NCBI RefSeq assembly: GCF_009914755.1 | Contig: NC_060928.1 | DNA length: 64,000 nt | Direction: 5' to 3' (one strand) | DNA from: the human T2T-CHM13v2.0 reference genome, Homo sapiens | Shown: in pieces, positions 37,176 to 52,510 of the stretch | Layout of the letters: the number at the start of each line of letters is the position of its first letter | Numbering within the stretch: position 1 is the first letter of the stretch | Program-made: the position numbers and the translations under genes | Notes under the pieces: generated by a model | Told to the model about the DNA's origin: nothing | Seen by the model: only the letters and a program-made list of their open reading frames with translations | The model's database searches: none

Positions 37176-37419
37176 GATAAAGACACACACATCGCAGCAC
37201 TATTCACAGTAACAAAGACATGGAATCAACTTAAGCCCATCGATGGTATACTGGATAAAGAAAATGTGGTATATATACACCATGGAATACTACATAGTCA
37301 TAAAATGAGTGAGATTATGTCCTTTGCAGCAACATGGATGAAGCTGTAGGTCATTATCCTAAGCAAACTAACACAGAAACAAAAATCAAAGACCACACAT
37401 TCTCACTTAAGTGGGAGCT

Positions 37420-37769
37420 GCCAGGCATGGTGGCTCACACCTGTAATCCCAGCACTTGGGGAAGCACTTAAGGTAGATCACTTGAGGCAGATCACTTGAG
37501 GCCAGTAGTTCAAGACCAGCCTGGCCAACATAGCAAAACCCCATCTCTACTAAAAAATACAAAAATTAGCTAGGCATTGGGGTGCACACCTGTAATCTCA
37601 GCTGCTTGGGAGGCTGAGGCATGAGAATCACTTGAACCCAAGAGGCAGAGTTTGCAGTGAGCTGAGATCACACCACTTCACTCCAGCCTAGTTGAAAGAG
37701 CAAGACTCCGTCTCAAAAAAGAAAAAATATATATTCACATATATGTATATATGTAAATATATATATAAA
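37420..37769 (+). mobile_element. AluS inserted in the L1 3'UTR
   Basis: TSD AAGTGGGAGCT at 37409-37419 and 37770-37780; internal 14-bp CACTTGAGGCAGAT reiteration. Confidence 0.9.
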
Positions 37770-40104
37770 AAGTGGGAGCTAAACATTGAGTACATATGGA
37801 TACAATGAAGGGAACAGCAGACACTGGGACCTACTTGAGGAGGGAGGGTGGGAGGAAGATGAGTATTGAAAAACTACCTATCGGGTACTATGCTTATTAC
37901 CTAAGTGACTAAATAATCTTTACACCAAACCCCCATGACATGCAATTTACCTATATAAGAAACCTACCCATGTACCCTAAACCTAAAATAAAAGTTTAAA
38001 AAATAAAAAAATACACTTTGTAGTTATTTATTGGACAGTGGTGTTTGAGTGATAAAGTACAAATTTGTTCTTTACTTTTTTATGTCACAGAAAAATGGTA
38101 GTTCCCAGACGTTTACATTCTAAACCTATATAGAAATCTACATGCTAGCAGGTAAAAATAATTCCTGTTAGATTTTTCTAAATCGTAAATCAGATTTATG
38201 TGAAAAACCAGGTTATGTTTTTCCCTTTTATTTCTTTGACAATAGCAGTGAAAATACTATTTTCAAATTCTGGATTCCTGTTTAGTACAGCTATTCTCCC
38301 AGTTCACTGGATTTAATCTGTGGAAAGTGTCATTGGAGTGCAAGAGTTAGCATTGTTTTGTTTTGTTTTCCCCTTGCCCCTGACATTCCACTATGATATT
38401 AAGCCACTCTTTTAGTTACAGTTAAATGAGACATGCATGGGTGATTTGCAGTTAACTGCTCGCCTCCACACATAACAAATGCTTCGGCTTCATATCTAAT
38501 CATGATTCATGCCTTATGCCAGACTCTTGCTGTCATCCCAGTACCAGCAGATGGTGGGGCTAGACCCCTGGGGCAGTATGACCCAGTGTTCTAAGGTTAT
38601 ATTTCTTCTGGTAGCAATGGTCAGAAAAGGAAAGATTTTAACATGGCAAATTAAGTTTAGTTCTTTATGGCTTTTTGCTTAAAAAAAAAAAAATCTTAGG
38701 TGTCACATTTTCACGTGGTTCCTTAAAAACTTACTTTTTAGTCCAGTAAAATAAACTGGAGTGTTATCATTCCTTAACTCCAAATCCTGGTAGTCAAGGG
38801 GTACAAGGAGCAGTGGTTTTTCACTTTCCTCAAACCCATGATTGGAAATACATTTTACATACAGTACATATATACTTACAGGCACATATGCATATGCATA
38901 TACATAATTCAAACCAAAATTTCAATCATAATGTTTGACCTTACCATGTGCAATATTTTTCTCTTCTTTTTTGTTGTAGATGTTGTTAATTCTTTTATTT
39001 TAACCAGTTTCTAGTCTTCATTCCCCAAGTAGATTTTAGCGCTCATAATGGATTGGGACCCACAGTTTGAAAAACTGTATTAAACAATCAGCACTTATTA
39101 TAAAGAAATATGTTACGTACTTTTTTGTGGACTTTCTCAAATTATAAAAAATGATTTTCCTCCTCTTTACTGATCACATCAGCTGCCATTTAGTTAACAA
39201 GAAATTTTTAGGGTTCTCTATTATTTGTATGTATATCCAAGAATCTAAAGGACATAGAGGAGCTACATATAGAAACAAATTTCAATTGAATGTTTTAATG
39301 AGCCTTATAACCTCTAGCTTTAAACACATGCCATTTCTCTTCATTGTTCACAAATAATAATTTTATTTCTTTGAGCTTTTCTTTATTTTTAACATATTTT
39401 AATAGGTCATTCTTTCAGTAACATACATGAAGTAGCTTGTTTTTATAGGCCCATTATTTGTATTTTAACAAGGAAAGGAAAGAAGTGGGGGCCTCTTGAA
39501 TTTCTGTATCACCAAATAGAGTTCAGAATACTATGGGTTTTTGCAGTGTACTATTTCTCTTCTTCATTAATGGTGATGTGAATGAGTTGCATGAAAAACA
39601 TAGGAGTCATAGGAACCATGTAATCCCTTGACTATCACTTTTCATTCCGTATAAAATGATAGGAGGTGAGTTTTTTGCCTAATTGCCATTTTTTAAAGTT
39701 GCTATGGCATTATAGGGAACCATAGAGTTTATATAAAGTGATAGCTCTTAGAATTCAGAAGAGATGTAGAAAAAAAGCATTTATATTCTGAATAGACAGG
39801 GTTAGAACTAACATTGAGAGTAAGTTTGGTATGCAAATGATATATTCAGAAAGAACTTCTTTATAGTCTGACTGTAAATAAACAAAATATTATATTATCA
39901 AGTGTTTTGTGCCGATTAAAACTCAAAATAAAAGCAGCTTGTGGAGCAGAAGGTAATTTTGTATAAAGACATATATTTGAATGTATACCGAAACTAATTT
40001 CTATTATGGGTGGGAAAAATTCTTGAAGAATTTATTGTAGATAATGGTTGTCAGTGTTAGCATTAAAGATTTTCACTGAAGCTCTTTGTATGTATCTCTT
40101 TTAG

Positions 40105-40227
40105 ATACGGAAACAAGTGAAAAAATCCAAGCAAGTGGAATACTTCAGCTGTTTGCAAGTCTGTTGACTCCACAGTCTTCCTGCAAAGCCAAAGTAGCTA
40201 ACATCATAGCAGAAGTAGCCAAAAATG
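40105..40227 (+). CDS. RAP1GDS1: RAP1GDS1 (SmgGDS) internal coding exon, probably exon 3, 123 nt, phase 1-1
   Basis: Acceptor tctcttttAG (AG at 40103-40104) and donor GTGAGG at 40228. Translates (N)TETSEKIQASGILQLFASLLTPQSSCKAKVANIIAEVAKN(E), matching the recalled human SmgGDS N-terminal ARM region. Confidence 0.97.
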
Positions 40228-41789
40228 GTGAGGTTTACCTCAAGAACTTTTCTGCTGGGAACGTCTTCAGTTTTACATCTTACTTGTCAGTATGCTTTAT
40301 TAATTTATGTTTTAATTTTGTAGATTAGACATTTTTTATTTCTATTTATCTTTTGTTTGACTCTTCATGTAATTGTTTTAAATGGCTATAGTTACAGTCA
40401 TTCATACCTGTCCCATCTGATAACCCATTCCTTCTCAGTAGAATTATGGGAAAGCTCTGCTGCCCTCAGCTATACCTGTGTTATTTATTACTTTGGGTAT
40501 AAGATTCTTGAACTTGCCACTGAGTCATTCATCTTTATTGCCATAAGAGATAATATATTTTTAAATATTTATGTTTGTTTGTGTTATACCCACATAAACT
40601 CACTGTTCTTTTTTAGTTTGGCCTATTGTTCCGACATTGGCACTTCAACAGTATAGTTGGAATATACGTTCTATTTTCTACACTCACCATATATTTCTTA
40701 AGTTTCCATGTAAGAATACTCTGGAAAAACAATAATGACAACAAAGTTTAGATTGTGTACTATTTATACACTGAGAGATTCTTTGGATGAATTATATCAT
40801 AGCATAAATATTTGCATGTGGTTTTAATTCAGTCCGTTTGAGAAAAACACTGAATTCCTAAAGCAATGTTTAAGCATATAAGAAGGCCGTACTATATATA
40901 ATACCTTTAGTTTGCCTCAGTTTGTCAGTTTTACATTATTTTTTAGCCTTTTATTGTAGTATGTTTCATATATTATTCTTTAAAGTGAAGGAATTTGCGT
41001 AATCATCATGGCAGGTGGCTTTGTAAAGTACCAGTATATGTTGGTTTGGGCTGGTAAAACAATGTATTTTTAGATGTGTTGCCAAAAAGAAAATTGTTTG
41101 AAGCTGTGTCATTTGTGTAGAGGTTCTCAAAATGCATTTCAAGTTCCAGTTAGATTCTATATTGGTATATGATTTTTTGGTGGTTGTTAGAAAATTGGCC
41201 ACTTATCACTCTTATATGTCACATCTAAGAAGCAGATCTAGTTTGAAAATGAATTCTTTCCAGACATTGCTTGTTAACCTGGACCAACCCCTATCTGAAT
41301 TTTCTTAGATACCCAGCATCTTGGTTTTTAAGAACAAGTCTTTTATTTTTAACTTTGTTAGAGTCATAGTATAGATTTCCAGAAATCAAGGTAGAGACTC
41401 CACAATTTTTATCTTAAAATCTTTTTTCTTAAGCATTCTTATAGTATAAAATCTGAAATTTTGGATAACAGATTTTTGTGAAATGGATTGCCATTCCTAT
41501 ATTCTCTTACTTAATAATATTCCTCATAATGCTCTGTCACAATTTCATGACAACTCTGCTTTGAAGAGTTTCTTACAGTAATACTCTAGTAGATGACAGC
41601 TATGTTCGAAAGACATAATAGAATTTTTAATGTTTATACTTTTAATCAGAGGCTGATAAAGGGCATATCACTAACCTCCACTGGTTAAAATAAATAGGAT
41701 ACATTGGTATGGTGTTTATTACTCCATGACCACATTACTTTTTTAAGTGATTGGCTGAGAAAGTGGACCAGAGTCTTGTTGAGTGTTTT

Positions 41790-42098
<309 letters not shown>

Positions 42099-42940
42099 TT
42101 TGAGTGTTCTTTTCAAAAGAAATACGTAACTTCAGAAATGCAACCTGACACAACATAGTACACTGATTGGGCATATATTTCTTTTTAGAAATTGACGATG
42201 AAAAAGATTGTATGAACCAGAGAATATGAGGTTGGAAGTTAATTTGTTCATCTTTACTCTGCTGTGCACAGAGGAGAAATATTAGCATATACTTCTTCCA
42301 TTCAAATAAACCCCAAATAGGTTTTTGTACGCACAAAAAGAATCTTTAAAAATTAACACACCTTTGTGCTGACATTCAAAATTTAGAGGATTTGTAAGAA
42401 GTTCCGTGGGCGAGTTTAATGTGGGAGGGTAGCTTTGACCATAAATTATAGTAAAAGATTTTTTAGACCTTTTAAATGTATTATTCCCTTATATAATAGA
42501 CTTAAGACTGATATGAGGCAAAGGACAAATAAGATATGACATATCTGTGAATATTTCAGAATTGGGCTCTCAAAGTATTTAATAATAATAGTAATACTTC
42601 TTAATGCCAGCTATGATTTTGTGCTAACATAATTTAAGTGTTGTGTACATTATTTCAATCCCATATGAGATAGAGTTATTTTATACAGATAAGAAAACAT
42701 AGAGGCTAAATATCTTACCTGTCATCACACTTAAGTGATGATAGTTGGATTTTATGCACTAGTTTGTTTCTCTCCTTTCATTTCTTTTCAGTAAATGAGA
42801 ATTTATGATGGCAGTGGAATGTGTAGAGGTGGTCTGAGTACAGCGGTAGCAGCATGTAACCTGAAAGATTGGGCTGGTAACTGATGTGAAAATGTATAAA
42901 AACCAGCAAAAGTTGAACTGCTTTATGTCTGTTCCTCTAA

Positions 42941-43115
42941 AGTAGTTCCCTGCCTTTGACCTGTAGCAGCAACAGACTCACCCGGGAACTTGTTACATGC
43001 AAATTCTTGGATCCACTCACCCAGACTTACTGAATCAGGGACTCAAGAGTGGGCCCAACCATCTGTTTTAACAAGTCCTCTAGGTAATGCTGATGAGTAT
43101 AAAGCTTGAGAACCA
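42941..43115. mobile_element. MER5A-like element
   Basis: GGGAACTTGTTACATGCAAATTCTTGG...CCCAGACTTACTGAATCAG...TTGAGAACCAC. Confidence 0.7.
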
Positions 43116-43494
43116 CGTTTCAGTATAAAGCAGTACAGAATCAGTACTTTTGATTAACATTATGCTTTTTTTGTTCTTCTGTGTACTTTATCATATTGCA
43201 AAGTGTTTATCAAAACTTCCGCCTGAGTGCTCTTAACAACAAAAGAGTGAAAATGTACACCCAAGAGGACCTGGTGAGAGCATTAACCAGAAATACAGAA
43301 GTCTCCTGTTCTGTTTTATTTATTTTAATTTTGCCCTCTATTCCATAACAGGTACATGTAGTACATGTTTATTTTAGTATAAAATGCATGTGTGCCCTAG
43401 AAAAATCATTGAATAAAGTTGAGACTCCAGAAAAATGCACTATATTGTCAGGTAGCTTAAAGTATACCTCGAGACCTCAGTGTTGGAAGCTTAA

Positions 43495-43809
<315 letters not shown>

Positions 43810-44934
43810 AGTACTTTCTTTAAAAACAAGGGCAGTACAAAGAGTGAGTGAAAAATATAAATGTCAGTTTGACAACCCACATATAAAAGTCACTCATTCT
43901 TTTATATTCATGCCTCATAGTTTTCCTTGTTTTTCAAAAGAAAAATATAAAAAGCTAAGAGTTAATACAGGGAAGTTATTAGAGAAAATTCAAACATGAA
44001 TATGTTATGATTTAGTCTAATAAACACTGAGGTGGACTCTACTACTCAGTGTTTTTATTTGGCTTGAAAATTTTGGTTTAAAAGAGAGTTTTAATAAAAT
44101 AGTTTCTTCAGGTAGGTAAAAGTGGAGAAAGTAGATGTTAGGTTTTTTAATATTTGAGGATATGTGAGGGGGATATAAATCTTGGTGTATATAAAAAGAA
44201 AATAATTTTCATCACAGCCTGTACTTTATGATGCTGCTGAAAGAATATGTAATTCAAGTAGGTTTGAGAAAGTAAAAGAAAGAAAGTAAAGCGTTAACAC
44301 TCTAAATTTACAAAAGAATAAAAAATAATCGACAATTATTTAATGAATGTATTACTACAGTCAAAGGGAAAAACATTAGTCTTAGGTGGAAATCAACTTT
44401 TTATTTTTATTGATATTGAAATAGAGCAGTACCTATTCCTTAAACCTCTGTATTGAATTTCTACATTAACCTATACATGTTTTGCAAAGAAAAAAAAGTG
44501 AATTCTATGTTGTGTAGGCAAATACACATATACAGAAACACTTAATGGCTCCTGCTTTCTACAGCATAATGGCATCCACTAACGTTGATTTCTATTCACT
44601 GTCATTCTGCATGTATCTTGGTTTCAGCCTCTTTCCCTTGCAGTACTGCCCCTTTCCCCGAACCAAAATTTTCAGTTCTCCGAGTTCAAATTGCCTAGAG
44701 AGAGAATCTGATTTTTTGCCTGTTTCTTTTTAAGTTCATCGCCATTGTTCTTTTTAGGAAATCTTTCAAAGTAGACCATCTTTTAGGCTATTGAGTCAGA
44801 ATCCAGCCAGCTGTGAAAGATAGCAGGTGTGAATGTAGAGGTATAGGTAGTAGGAACCCCTTTGAAGAAGGACGACTGTCAGCCATTCTGAAGCCTCTCC
44901 AACATAATATGTATAACATTTTAAACATATTCTT

Positions 44935-46772
<1,838 letters not shown>

Positions 46773-47389
46773 ACATTTTAAACAGATTCTTAAACATCCC
46801 TGTTTTTTTTTTAATATATCTGCCTGAAGCATGATAACTTTATGTCTTTAAAATTAGCTAGCGAGGACTACCACTCTTTGTTTAAAAAAGTAAATTAGCT
46901 GAAAAGCAAATGAGTTTTAGAAGAAATTCTTTTTTACTTTATCCAGAGACTGACAGTGACTGAAAGCTGAGGAATATATTAGCTTTGTTTTATCTTTATA
47001 TGTTTTTGAGTAAAAAATGGTTCCAAAGAGTTTTGATTCCACAATTTTTCTGTAATTATTTACCCTCTATTATTCCAAGAATACTTGAAGCTATTGATTG
47101 TAGAGTCCAAATTTTGAAAGATTGGTATCATATAGGCAAAACATAAAAGAAACACAGTAATTCTTCAATGTTGCCATTGCCTGAATAGCAATAACAAAAC
47201 AAGCAAAATAATAAGATAAACAAGTTTTATTTATGAATGAGTACAAATCAGACCGTTCCTAAATTTCTTGTTTTAGTAGTCAATGAAATCATCTTACTGT
47301 TGGGAACCAGGCATAGTTCAGTGAAAAGGATAATGAACATCTGTGTTTAATATGAGTTAGTAGCATGTTAATTTAAGATTTGAAATCTA

Positions 47390-47984
<595 letters not shown>

Positions 47985-49440
47985 AAGATTTGAAATCTAT
48001 GAAGGGTCTAAAGTAACCATTAACTAAAGAGGTAGATAAGCAGATTGATGTGTCATCTCCTATAGATGGTCATTGAATTCATGAACATGTACAGCATAAT
48101 TCATTTTCTTAACATGAGTAGTAGGATACTTAGTACTACTGAGTTTGATAACGTCAATGATAAGCTCAAAGGTTAGTTGTTGAGATAGGAAATAATCTGA
48201 GTCTTAGAAGTTTACATTACAGGGGATTTTTAGTGGTAGAGTAATAAGTAAGAAAGAGATGATAGGAATTAATTCATTTATTTCGGGACAGAGGAATACC
48301 TCTGTGATTTACAGCTATCTTAGGAGGAAAAGAAGTTGTCTCAGAGGTGACAGCTGACAGAATAACCTATATGGTATGCTCTAAGAATTTGAAAATGAAG
48401 GGAAAGAGAGGGAGGATTGCTCATGAGGGTACCTGTGGAACAAACCAAGGGGTAGACCATCTTGATAGAGTGAAAAGATAGTGATTTTTTTAGTAGGACA
48501 GGTTATAGATGGATAAATTAGTTCTTTGTTAACTAACTTTATTGACCAGAACATCCTTATGGTGAGTTGTGATGTCCAAAAAGGTAATTCAGTTATTGGT
48601 TATTGGAGAAATTTCATCAGTTACATACTTCCTTATGTTTTGTAGTGGTCCATCATGAGACACTGAAAAAAAAAAAAAGTTTATGTCCAATCATGACTGT
48701 GGTGGTATCATGGTGAGTTAATACATAAAGAATGGCATACCATAAAAATAAGGAAAAAATGGGTTTGAAATTTAAGAAATCTTAAGATTTGACTCTTTAG
48801 ACCTGTAAATGTATGGGTATAGCAGCAGATATGAGTGAGCCATAAAATGGATTTTAATAAAGGACAGGAGTGAAGATAAGAAGAGGATGATTCCACCACA
48901 TCTTACCAATCAAAAAGGACATATTATTTTTTAATGGTTCACTGAAACCTTTATACATATGTATATACTTATATTTATATATATATTTATATTTATAGGC
49001 TTTTTTAGAAAACAAAGTGAAAAATTAGGCAATATGATGGCTTAGTTTATAACTGTAGTACTTTAATTATCAGGCTTATAGAAATACATCGCCATTGTTT
49101 CCATCATCACACATATTGCTTCCAAAGCATATCGTTATTACGAGAAGATAGTGATAAATTAGTTGTGATGTAAGTTAATTAAAATCCCTTTGGTTTATGG
49201 TAGAGACTGTCAGCAAACAAAAATATGACCCCACTCAGTTTTGTGTATTTTATGAAGCTTTTAGTAGGGCTGTAACAGGGTACTTTTGTACAGAAATGTA
49301 CTCTTCAAATATTCAGCCACCTTTTCAAGGTGGCTTTTAAATACCACATATTAAAAGTAGGTATTTATTTTATTAGGGGAGATGATTTATGTAAATTGTG
49401 AATCGTTAGATTTTTAATTAAACATGTCTCTTATTTTCAG

Positions 49441-49566
49441 AGTTTATGCGAATTCCATGTGTGGATGCTGGATTGATTTCACCACTGGTGCAGCTGCTAA
49501 ATAGCAAAGACCAGGAAGTGCTGCTTCAAACGGGCAGGGCTCTAGGAAACATATGTTACGATAGCC
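49441..49566 (+). CDS. RAP1GDS1: RAP1GDS1 (SmgGDS) internal coding exon, probably exon 4, 126 nt, phase 1-1
   Basis: Acceptor cttattttcAG ending at 49440 and donor GTAAGT at 49567. Splices in frame to the previous exon (G+AG = Glu): (E)FMRIPCVDAGLISPLVQLLNSKDQEVLLQTGRALGNICYDS(H), an ARM repeat. Not in the supplied ORF track. Confidence 0.97.
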
Positions 49567-51023
49567 GTAAGTGTTGACATCTCAATAATACACATACATT
49601 TTTAAGAATTATGATATTCAGACTAATCTGCTTTTGTGTTAGCAGTGACTTTTCTAGGCTAAAACACTAACATGGGCCGGCATGATTCAGCACTGCTTAT
49701 TTAGCAGAATTTATGGAGATTCAGGTCGTTGTATTCTTATCAAAGAAATCATAGGAAATGAAATGTTTTCCTCTGTTATCACAAATGATATTTTCAGAGG
49801 AAATTAAGTCAGTTTCTAAGAAATTGGGGCTGTAAGTTTAGAAAAAATACATATGTGCATCTTCTCAATTAGGTTTCATTGAAATATTATCTCTGAATGG
49901 GAATGCTTATGGACACAGTTTTTTAAAGTTTCTGCGTCTGTCCAAATACATTTTTAATTATTTGCAGTTCGGTAAAACCAATCATAAAAACCATTCTCTT
50001 CTCAAAAGCTAGATTGGCCCATTACATTTGCATTGACTCCATTCCTGTTTGTCATTATATCATTGTCATCCTCACCACATTCTATAATATACTGTTCTAC
50101 TAGGCAAAAAGAAAGCAAGAACTGGGGTATGGGTATATTGTAACAGCGTTAACAATTTCTACTTCCCCTTTCTACATATAAACAAAATACAGAAAAGAAT
50201 TTTAAGTATATTTAGCTTAACTAGGCTTATTCTGATTTTCCTTAGAGTTTTATTTGCTGAGCCAAAACACGTATTTTATCATTCACCTGTAATGCCTCCT
50301 AGGAATTTAGTTTTATTTCTATAACTAGGATAACTTTTAGTGCTTATTTTCCCCATTGAGTGTTTAACTCGGATGAGTTATATTTTGTTATAACACAAAA
50401 GATATGGCCCTTTTATAATAGGCAGTCCTTCAAAAAGTGATTTATGCATATAAGCCAGAAAGAAAGGACATAAATATATTCATTTATGATAAAGAAGTAG
50501 GAAAAAAGATTGAAACTATAGTTATAACTCATATATAGCAGTAGTCGTAAAGCTAGCCTCATTTATTCTCCTTTTCTTACTTTTTCTGAAATAGGAGCTA
50601 CAATAGCCATAAGTATTGAAATGTCAGTAATGAATCTGAGGACATAGATGTCTTAATATGAATTTTAACTTCAGTTTTCAGTCCCCAGTATAGCCTGTAA
50701 ATCTGCTTATCTGCTCCTTCAATCCAGTTCTTTTTATCATAGGGTATTAGCTTTATTTACAAAATTCTGTTGCTTTATGTTTATAATTTTGTGTTTTCAT
50801 ATTTAGGATTTTTATTAAGCACCATAGTTTATAATATCAACTTTCAAGACTGAATCATTTATTATATATTTATATGATTAATTTTAGCAACATATATTAG
50901 ACCTCAGCTGAGTAATAGTCAAAAGATTAGTGGCATGTACTTGGAGAGTACTGATTATTACTGTTTTTATTCTTACTTTTCTGTGTTTGTTACTGGAATT
51001 TAAGGGTACCAAAAGTATTCTTT

Positions 51024-51326
<303 letters not shown>

Positions 51327-52474
51327 CAAAAGTATTCTTTAAACCTTGTTCATTTTAGTTGTTCTTGAATTATACATTGTTTGAACATAGAGAATATTAC
51401 CTGTTTTGAGAACTTTTGTCCTGGAGTTTTTCCTATTAATAAAATAGAAATACACACAGTGATATTTTGTCTCATATTGCCTTGGTTTTTATGGGCATAG
51501 AGTAATTTTATTTCCTGTGTATTCTAAAGAACCTTGAAGTTAGGGTAATAAATGTCTAGTTAACAAGATTATTCTTTTGATGAAACTGAAGTCCATTATT
51601 ATAGTATTTATCATATCTATTTATCTTATGGGATATACAATATAAAGTTCTATGGATATCCTTTAAGTTATGAAGTTAATTTTTTTCATTTTATTATGAA
51701 TATTTATAACCAACTTATCCTCATTTAGTTCAATGGAAGTCATAGCTAAATGATTAAGCATAGTAAATACAGCCCATATTTTTATACTTTTAAACTTTAG
51801 TTCAGGAAAATGAAGTTTGAAGTCTTAAAAGTGAATAAATGTAAGAAGTGATTCATTACTTAATATAAATCATGTGATGAAAATGTATTTATTGTGCCAT
51901 GCTTTCATATGCATATAATTTCCATAGACTGCATGCTTTCTTACCCTTTTATTCAAAATTAAATTCTGTCAACTTCTTTGTGATTTTTCTAGAATGATTG
52001 CAGGACAATTACAGTGTTTATACTTGAATTACAAGAATAATATAAAAGCCTTGTAAATGTGATGTTGTGTGGTTGATTTGGGAATTTACTTGAAATGCAT
52101 TTCTCATTTTATTTTCTGACAACTGGAAATTTTTCCTTTTTAAACAAGTTTTTAGTGGCTTCTATTTTAATTCATCAACCTTCTTCACTCTCGGGAATGT
52201 AATGCTTCATTTTTAAAAGGAGTATAGAAAACTACATGATAGCCTTGTGATCAATACAAAGAATCTTCTTCTTTCAAATAAAGTATGTTCTAAAGAGTTC
52301 ATATATTTGTGTTTTATCTAACTTACCTATGGGGCTAATCAGTTGATTTCCATTTTATTAATGTACTCCAAATGAATAATTTTTTTAACATAGGTTTATT
52401 CAGGATGATAGTAGGCTTACAGTAGATAGTAAAGTTGATGTAAATAGAAAGTAGTATAAAGACTTCACTATTGG

Positions 52475-52510
52475 ATCACTTCTCGGCCTGTTGGCTAAGA
52501 TCAAGTGTAG
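52475..52510 (+). pseudogene. 3'-truncated (tailless) U2 snRNA retropseudogene, U2 nt 1-36
   Basis: ATCACTTCTCGGCCTGTTGGCTAAGATCAAGTGTAG is 34/36 identical to the U2 5' end; TSD AGA(C/A)TTCACTATTGG at 52460-52474 and 52509-52523. Confidence 0.92.

Larger units (their letters stand above)
36737..38014 (+). mobile_element. 5'-truncated old L1 (L1PA15/16 or L1PB-like) with an internal tandem duplication and an Alu insertion
   Basis: ORF2 3' end plus 3'UTR (AAAACTACCTATCGGGTACTATGCTTATTACC); TSD ACTTTGTAGTT at 36726-36736 and 38015-38025. Confidence 0.85.

Noticed and set aside
40086-40328. 80-aa ORF as a standalone gene
   Set aside because: It is the RAP1GDS1 exon read through its splice sites into flanking intron.
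47985-51023. Near-identical spacing (1456 vs 1457 bp) of the flanking Alus from exon 4
   Set aside because: The insertions are independent and of very different ages; the exact symmetry is most likely coincidence.
52475-52510. Functional U2 snRNA gene
   Set aside because: Only 36 nt; lacks the Sm site and 3' stems, no PSE or 3' box is evident, and it is flanked by TSDs.
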